A stretch of 64,000 bases of DNA from Eledone cirrhosa (lineage: Eukaryota). The notes beneath the pieces were generated by a model that saw only the letters and a program-made list of their open reading frames with translations, made no database searches and was not told the DNA's origin. Of this stretch, positions 54,158 through 64,000 are shown piece after piece; position 1 is the stretch's first letter, and the number at the start of each line of letters is the position of its first letter. Location: NCBI GenBank assembly GCA_964016885.1, contig OZ024741.1, forward strand, positions 39,990,001 through 40,054,000, written 5' to 3'. The translations under genes were made by a program, and so were the position numbers.

Positions 54158-54862
54158 AAGTCCATAGAATCATTTGAGAAGATATATACGTTATTTCTCT
54201 TCCCAATCAGCATAATCAACCGCATAAAAAATCAATTAAACGAGGCTATAAGTTTAAAATGTATCTATGTAGAAACAATAGATAAATAAAGGATAGCTAT
54301 TTTATCCGCGATCCACAGCCACAGAAGATTTACCTAGTATTTCTAATAGCCCGTAGAAATTAACTAGACATATAGCTAACCATACATAATTAGGTACAAA
54401 ATCAAAGTTAGAGGAAAAAATGTACATAAACATACCAAAATTATGTTTCTACCCGCTGAGGTTTCATTCGCTTTTTGGAAATATCCGATCATGGATAAAT
54501 CAACGAGTTTCGAAATCATCAGGAAACAAACTCAATTAGACAAAGATTTTTCTTAAATGATCCCCGCCAGAATCGATTTCAAAATGGCTAAGAATTGTCA
54601 CATGGCCAGTGGTCAGGTCAGAAAGCTTGTGATTGGTGCCTGACGCCGAGTGAGCTGGTTGTTAGAAAACGCAGCCGAATACTGCCTAAAGATTTACTAA
54701 CCTTACGGGAGTATATAAAATATAGAAGTTTACATATACATAAACTAGACAGAGCCATAGATATATATGTGTTTTGGCAACCATTCACGGTGTGGCTCAA
54801 TGACGAATTAATTAATTAAATAATCAATCAGAGCAATATATAAGAAAGTAAGTCCATAGAAT
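54153..54862 (-). mobile_element. ~690-bp (TA)n-embedded insert with an 18-bp terminal direct repeat and a minimal HHR core
   Basis: AAAGTAAGTCCATAGAAT occurs at 54153 and 54845. Minus strand CTGATGA-TTTC-GAAA-CTCG-TT lies at ~54502-54522. Confidence 0.5.
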
Positions 54863-54883
54863 TATATATATATATATATATAT

Positions 54884-55242
54884 AATTGTTTCTACTTTTG
54901 GCACAAGGCCAGCAATTACTCAGTGCATTACTCGTACTTTATTTTATCGACTCCGTAAGGATGAAAGGCAAAGTTAACCTCGACGGGATTTGAACTCAGA
55001 CCGTAAAGGGACGTAAATATGCTAGAAAGCATGGCGTTCGACCTTCTACCGATACTGCCACTATATAATTGTTTCTTCTTTTGGCACAAGGCCAGCAATT
55101 ATCTCAGTACATTACTGGTACTTTATTTTATCGACCCGTAAGGATGAAAGGCAAAGTTAACCTCGGCGGGATTTGAACTCAGATCGTAAAGGGGCGTAAC
55201 TGTGCTGGAAAGCATGCCCGACCCTCTACTGATACTGCCAAT
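54884..55242 (-). mobile_element. Head-to-tail SINE dimer
   Basis: Junction GATACTGCCACTATATAATTGTTTC at ~55051-55075. Confidence 0.85.
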
Positions 55243-55559
55243 ATAATGATGTGTAGATAGATAGATAGATTACGGAAGCCACCGAATTTTTAGTGACCCA
55301 CAGCCATAGCTCACACGCTCATTGCATTTAAAAGTGTGCAATTGGAAACTGGTTGTTGCATTGCAAAGCCAACACAACTAGTTAGTTAATGTTCTTTACG
55401 GCAGTTAACATGTATTGGTTACACTGATCTGTCTACTGTACGGAATTCCGTTTCGTCGCAATCATCCGCCTGCAACAGTCATTAGAAGTGTTCCATACAG
55501 AGGATTATGTAACATTGGTATGCATGTATATACATACATATACCCCCCCCCCCCCCCCC

Positions 55560-58500
55560 CCATCCACCACCACCCGCCCATCCCCATACACCCACCACTC
55601 CCCACCTCTCCCCCGACCCCCACCCCGACCCAATCTCCACCCCTCACCACACCCTCCCTTCCCTCCCCAAACACCCAAACCCCACCCCTTGTTGTCACCA
55701 TACCCCCTCACCTCCCCCTCTCCGCACCTGAGCGCTCACTCCTTAGTAGAGGCCTTCGCTTCATACCCCACACTCCGCTCAGCGACGAGTTCCGCACCCG
55801 AACGGAAGTCGAGCGATTCGTGCGACGCACTAAGCTACAGGCACATTTCAGCCGAACGCCACCGGCTCCGGACGCCCCAGACCCGTTTCTCGCCCTGGGC
55901 CGACGACCATCTTCTTGGACGCCGGCCCCAGGGCAATTTAGCACCCTGGACGCCTTCGTCGATGCCAGCCGTAGCGCAGTAAATCGTTTCGACTTCCGCC
56001 ACCGTTCCAAACGGCACAACATCTCACGGGGCGGACTCCTTGCTCTCCGCTCCCTCCGTAGCCGAGATGACATCGTCATCAAACCGGCGGACAAGGGAGG
56101 CGCCGTGGTGGTATGGCGCGCGGACCTCTACACGGCCGAAGCCCTCACGCAGCTCTGTAACCCCCTCTTTTACCGCCCTCTACCCTCCGATCCCACCCCC
56201 CTCTACCAACAACAAGTCTCCTCCACCATCAAAGACCTTATCGCCTCCTCCCTCCTCCCCCCACCGCTTCCCACCTCATCGTCCGCACCCCCCGCACCCC
56301 CACCATCTACTTCCTCCCCAAACTCCACAAACCCGACAACCCCAGCCGCCCCATCGTCTCCGCTTGCAACTGCCCCACCGAACTCATCTCCGCCTTTCTC
56401 GACTCCCTCCTCGCCCCCCTTGTCACCACCCTCCCCTCCCACATCTCTGACACCAACCACGCCCTGCGCCTTTTCGACTCCTTCACCTACCTACCCGGCC
56501 CTCAGCCATTCCTCTTCACCCTAGACATCAAGTCCCTCTATACCGTCATCCCCCACGCCGACGGCCTTCGCGCCCTCAAACACTACCTCGACCTTCGCCC
56601 CTCCCCATTCCCTCCACCCCCACCCTCCTTCGCCTCGCCGAGCTGATCCTCACCCTAAATTGTTTCTCCTTCTCGGGTGAGTTTTACCAACAGGTCACGG
56701 GGGTAGCCATGGGCACAAGAATGGGCCCGAACTATGCCAACCTTTTTGTTGGCCATGTTGAGGCCCAAATCTTTGCCCAGTACACCGGCCCCACGCCCGA
56801 ACTGTACGGTCGTTACATTGACGACTGTATCGGAGCCACGACCCTCACCCGAGTACAGCTCGACTCCTTTCTCTCCTTCTTCTGCTCCTTCCACCCCTTC
56901 CTCCACTTCACCACCTCTATCTCCACCACCCACGTCCACTTCTTGGACATCTCTGTCGCCTTCGACCCCTCCCACCACTCCCTCGTCACCTTCTTCAAAC
57001 CCACCACGCCTTCTTCAAACCCACCGACTCCCACTCTTACCTCGACTTCACCTCTTCCCACCCCACCCACACTAAACTCTCCATTCCCTACTCCCAACTT
57101 CTCAGGATCCGCCGCCTCTGTAGCCGAGATGCTGACTTCGAGTCCCAGGCCCTTTCCCTAGTCAGCCATTTCATCCGCAGAGGTTACCCCTCTTCTCGTC
57201 CACACCGCTCTCACCCGCGCCCGTGCTATCACCCGCTCCATCCACCCTCAACCCACGCCACCGCACACCCACCCACCATCTCCCCTTCCCCATCACCTAC
57301 CACCCCTCCACCTTACCCCTCCACCGCACCATCCGCCGCCTCTTCCGACGCCTCCAGTCCGACCCCTCCACCTCCCACATCTTCCCAACCCCACCACTCC
57401 CCTCCTTCAAACGCGTACGCAATCTCCGCACCCTCCTCGTCCACAGCTCCCTACCCCCAACCCACGCTCCGTTCCCCCCCCCCGGTTCCTTCCCCTGTTC
57501 TAGGCCCCGCTGCAACACCTGTCCCCACATCACCAACACCACCACCTTCCAGGGTCCCAACGGCCACCCTCTCTCGGTCCGGCATGCCTTCCGCTGCACC
57601 TCCTCCAACCTAGTCTACGGACTTCGTTGCACGGAGTGCAGCGCGACTTATGTCGGACAGACGGGACGTCGCCTGGCCGACCGAGTCACGGAGCACCTCC
57701 GGGACATTCGTCTCGGGGGCAGTTCCCCCATCGCCCGCCACTCTGGTGGCCCTGGACACTCCGCACGCCATCTCACAGTCTGTGGCCTACTCCAGTGCCA
57801 CGGAACACCCGCCCATCGCCTTACAGTCGAACAACGTGCTATCTTCATCTTACAGACCCACACTCCCCCCGGCCTGAACTCCCCACCCTTATTCCTTTAG
57901 CGTTCGACCGCCCCCCCCCACACTAATCCCCCACTAACACCACTAACACACCCCTCCTGTTCACCGCCCACCCCACACTAACAATACTAACACCTCCACT
58001 CCACCCTTCATCTGACCACCCTTCCCCAACTAACATACTAACATCCCTTCCCTCCCCTCTTCTCCTCCTCCCCCCTCCTTATCACACGCACACACGCACC
58101 CACTTACACCACCCACCACACACGCAACTAACATCACTAACACCCTCCAACCCCACGCACACGTACCCACACACCCTCGTACACCACCAACTCTACACAC
58201 CCTACCCCCACTAACCCCCACTCACACCTGCATTCCACCCCTCCCCACCTCCCGTATACTAACACCCACTAACACCTCTTCACCAAACTACACACACTCC
58301 AGTACACCACACTCCCTCCATAGAACCACACACACCCTTCTCTCCCCGCTCCACACTCACTCATCCCACTAACACCCCTACTAATACACACACACACACA
58401 CACACACCCTCCTCACTCCAACTCTCACACCTACCCATCCTCGCCTCCCTACCATTCCGCCGACTGCTGCTATGCCCTTCCGACCACTGTCTCAGCACCA

Positions 58501-59355
58501 ACTGACCACAGCACTTCCACTGCTGACCACTTCCTGTTGCGCGCGCACCCCACATCTCTCCTCTTCCGACCACCGCTTCTTGGATTACCCACACGCGTTA
58601 TTGACTTCTAACCAAAATCTCCATACATCCGTGTAACTTACCACTTTTCAACCATCCTCTTACACCATCACCTATATAACTCACCCACACACACACCCCA
58701 AAAAATTTTTTTTTATCCACACGCCACCCACACCCACAACACGCTTAAACCACACACACGTGCTTCCCACCACATATTTACACCCTCAGCCCCCTGATTC
58801 CTCTCCCCCCACCCCCTATCCACACACGCACAGACCCTCCGACCCACAAAAACACCCCCCCACACACACCTTCCTGAACATGCAACCCCGTTCTTCCCCC
58901 AACCCTCACTTTCACATACACACACACACGCACACCTAACCACACACACCACCTTCAGCCCTCCCCGCTCGGACACCCCGTCTCCCTCTCCCCACTCCAC
59001 CTGCCACCACCTCTACTCACCCCACACCCTTCCACCACCTGTTTACCCCCCTTTTAATTTCAGTTTATTTTGATCATGCCTTTATTTTTAAATTTTCTCA
59101 TTCCTTGTATTTTGATCATGCTTTATTTTTATTTATTATTTATTATATTTTTGTCTTTATTTGTTAATTTTTCATTCGCACCGTTTCCTTTCGCTATATG
59201 TCTCTCCACCACTCCCCTACACACCTTTTGAACTCTCACCTGAAGAAGGGCTTATGCCCGAAACGTCGTCCCCCACCTACCCCCCACTCTCCTGAGCGTG
59301 AATTTAATAAACATTTATCGTACTGCCTCTCTGTTCTGTCCCTGTTCAATTTTTC

Positions 59356-59360
<5 letters not shown>
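55560..59360 (+). mobile_element. Penelope-like element, Neptune-type (RT, Cys linker and GIY-YIG), frameshifted, very C-rich
   Basis: Motifs LSRGLRFIP, SWTP, IVIKPADKGGAVVVW, PKLHK…RPIVS, LDIKSLYTVIP, AMGTRMGPNYANLF, RYIDD, FLDI, CSRPRCNTCPHI, CTSSNLVYGLRC..C…YVGQTGRRL…EH and PPGLN span ~55680-57900. A long CA-rich 3' UTR, an HHR and AATAAA precede (TA)n. Confidence 0.9.
59238..59269 (+). ncRNA. Hammerhead ribozyme core in the Neptune terminus
   Basis: CTGAAGA-A GGGC TTAT GCCC-GAAA-CG-TC. Stem III (ACGT) is palindromic; stem I is very short. Confidence 0.65.
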
Positions 59361-59416
<56 letters not shown>

Positions 59417-59543
59417 GTGTGTGTGTGTGTGTATGTGTGTATATACATGTGTCTGTGTATATATATATATATATATTTATTTACTCTTTTGCTCTTTTAC
59501 CTGTTCCAGCCATGCGGGTATGGCCATGCTGGGGCACCGCCCT

Positions 59544-59610
<67 letters not shown>

Positions 59611-59653
59611 TAAATGACAATCAAATTGTGATTAAACTTTTAAACTTTTAGTC

Positions 59654-59698
59654 ACTGACGATCGTTTCATCCTAGCACAAGACCGGATTCATCGGAGT
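59654..59698 (-). ncRNA. Hammerhead motif with U4C core variant
   Basis: ACT-CCGATGA-ATCC…GGAT-GAAA-CGATCG-TC-AGT. Stem III (ACGATCGT) is palindromic. Confidence 0.6.
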
Positions 59699-59846
59699 TG
59701 ACAACAAAGGTCAGAGAAGAAAAGAAATGTTACAAGCAAGTAGATATGACAAAGTCAGAAGTAAACCGAATTAAATTATGCATTGTTATAATCTCAATGA
59801 AATCAATCAATAACATTATTTACTCCCACCCTCATATATATATATA

Positions 59847-59953
<107 letters not shown>

Positions 59954-59996
59954 ATAATACATACAGGTATATATATATATATGATATAATACATAC

Positions 59997-60033
<37 letters not shown>

Positions 60034-60038
<5 letters not shown>

Positions 60039-60400
60039 GAAAAATCAGTGATGCATCTGGACTCAGTTTATTGCGTGTTACAATTGTTTCGCCGGCAGGT
60101 AGCTCGAGACATGATCACTGTATGGATCTGGGTGATTCTACGGCTGCAGGTTCCCTCGAACACGAGTAGTTCGTTCGGAGCAAATTTTCTAAGAAGGAAC
60201 CTGCAGCCGTAGAACCAGCCAGATCCATACAGTGATCATGTCTCGAGCTACCTGCCGGCGAAACAATTGTAACACGCAATAAACTGAGTCCAGATGCATC
60301 ATTGATTTTGTCGTTTTTTTATACTATCCCCACTCTACTCTGTATGAATATTGAGTGCTAATTTTGGCATACCGCCTATGGAAGCACCATATTAATCTTT
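60034..60400. repeat. Fold-back PLE terminus (arms ~60034-60318) with tail
   Basis: Inverted arms GATGCATCTGGACTCAGTTTATTGCGTGTTACAATTGTTTCGCCGG… / …CCGGCGAAACAATTGTAACACGCAATAAACTGAGTCCAGATGCATC. Confidence 0.88.
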
Positions 60401-60402
60401 GG

Positions 60403-60511
<109 letters not shown>

Positions 60512-61417
60512 AGATATATATATTTACTGATACTCCGTCGGTTAAGACGATGAATGTTCCAGTTTATCTGATCAACGGAACAGCCTGCTGATGAAATTAA
60601 CGTGAAAGTGACTGAGTATTCCACAACCACCAGTACACTTAAAGTAGTTCTCAGGGAGATTCAGCGTGACACTTCATTTCTACCAACTGAGTGGACTGGA
60701 GCAACGTCTAATAAAGTGTCTCGCTCAACTTACGGCCTTACGATTAGGAGTCGAATACCCTTTAATAACATTTAATCGCAGACATGGTGGTGTGAAAGTT
60801 AGAAAATTCACAATTTAGTCATGAGAGCCTAATCTCGGTCGTAGTTTTTTGATATATTTGGGTCAATCATATTTTTAAATTTCAAGCGTTCCTAACGCTT
60901 CGATAATTCAAATCACACACACAAACACACACAAACACACACACAAACACACACAAACACACACATACACACACACAAACACACACACACACACATACAC
61001 ACTCACATTTATAAATACATATACACATGCAAACAAACATACATACATACATACATACATACACATACATACACACATACATACATACATACATACATAC
61101 ATACACACATACATACATACATACATACATACATACATTTCATATATTATATTTCTGTGATTGTATATGCACATGTCAATGCAGATCTATATAGCAATAT
61201 ATTTATATATATATATATATTAGCAGCTATACGTGTGCATACGTAATATGCAAGTACGTGTGAAACTGAGATCAAGTTAATAATTTATATTACATATGCT
61301 TTCTGACACGCATTTGTGTAAACAAACATATACCTAAAGTTACATATATATATATATATTATAAATTTATAAATATATACATTCATAAACTGCAGATATG
61401 CACATGTATGTATATAG

Positions 61418-62628
<1,211 letters not shown>

Positions 62629-62980
62629 GGATTGGTGCTCTGAAATAGCGATGTATACATGAATGTATGTATAGTATATATATACCGTATGTTTAATTAA
62701 AAACAGTTAGAAGACCTTACGTAATCAGTTTTAAAGTAGTGACTATATCACTTACTCTTTTCGGTGAAAGAAGGGACAGAAGCTGACAGTCTGTTTCCCG
62801 TTGATTGGCGATCATCAGAGCTACGCACCCCCCTGCTTCCGCCGAAAATTATAGAAGCTGGATTCTTATAGAATTCCAATAATAATCAGAAGCTGATCAT
62901 ACAGAGCGATTGCCGGTCCAACAAAAATTAGGTATTAGGATTGGGGTCCCTGAAAATCTATACATTCATGTAAACATCGG

Positions 62981-63069
<89 letters not shown>

Positions 63070-63313
63070 GAAATCGAAAATGCAACTGGAGTCTTATTTT
63101 TCAAAAAATATATATATTTATTTGGTTCCTTTACCGGTTTCGTAGTTCTTCTGCTTTTCAAAAGTAGAGTTGAGATGGAGGGTCTGTGGTTTTTCAAAAA
63201 ACACAGACCCTCCAAGACTCCAGTTGCATTTTCGATTTCATCTTTTTTTCTTTATACTTTCACTCGTGTAGGACACCTCGGTTATTTTTCATTTTGTAAA
63301 AAAAAAACCTCAC

Positions 63314-63358
<45 letters not shown>

Positions 63359-63459
63359 CACCATACAAATGTGTCTTCTATTGACCAATATGTTGTGAGT
63401 GAAATTTGTTGGTTTGTTGGACTGTTACTATCCGTTGCATATATATATGTGTTTCTGTT

Positions 63460-63636
63460 TGTGTAGAGAGATAGAGACAGAGAGAGGGAGATAGTGTGTG
63501 TGTGTATGTTCCTGCGTGTGTGTCTGTGTGCGTCTGAGAGAGAGAGAGACAGAGGGAGAGAGAGAGAGTGTGTGTCTGTGTGCGTCTGAGAGAGAGAGAC
63601 AGAGGGAGAGAGAGAGAGTGTGTGTGTGTGTGTTCC

Positions 63637-63708
<72 letters not shown>

Positions 63709-63710
63709 CC

Positions 63711-63749
<39 letters not shown>

Positions 63750-63750
63750 C
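63460..63750. repeat. (GA)n/(GT)n compound repeat
   Basis: Direct inspection. Confidence 0.9.
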
Positions 63751-64000
63751 TGCGTGTCTATGTTTCTGTGTTTCTGTTTGCAATTTTGTGTTCATCTTCC
63801 GAATGATCAGAGAAAGGAAATTTGGAAGAATGAGCAGTGGTCTGAAGGAATATAATAATCATAATATTGAAATTATTGTGTACCGTGCTCAGGTGCACTA
63901 CAACTCATCAAAGGTGCATGTATAGTACATAGAATAATATACAAATGTCAGGGAAATGAATAGTGTATGAGTCATGATATACATGTGTGCGTGTGTATGG

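Overview
This is AT-rich, microsatellite-saturated animal DNA. The SINE families and (TA)n/(CA)n density suggest an octopus or other coleoid cephalopod (inference). No complete host gene is evident; two possible minus-strand exons are weak candidates. Most sequence is transposon-derived: R4/Dong, CRE, Tx1-like and RTE LINE fragments, two long Penelope-like elements (PLEs; Naiad-type at ~23.0-26.6 kb, Neptune-type at ~55.6-59.4 kb), mariner relics, MITEs, many tRNA-derived SINEs, a U6 fragment and a 3.2-kb (ACT)/(ACC) repeat block. The main finding is a near-perfect 511-bp tandem array (31331-35224, ~7.6 units). Every unit carries an intact type I hammerhead ribozyme (HHR) with a palindromic stem III, which makes it a retrozyme-like, possibly circRNA-producing satellite. 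Inverted and dispersed copies of the unit lie at 20.1-21.0 kb and 26.6-29.2 kb. About a dozen more HHR or HHR-like motifs from other PLE families occur, mostly beside (TA)n tracts, and several form fold-back palindromes, some centred on the ribozyme stem II. All structure calls were made by eye and element boundaries are approximate.
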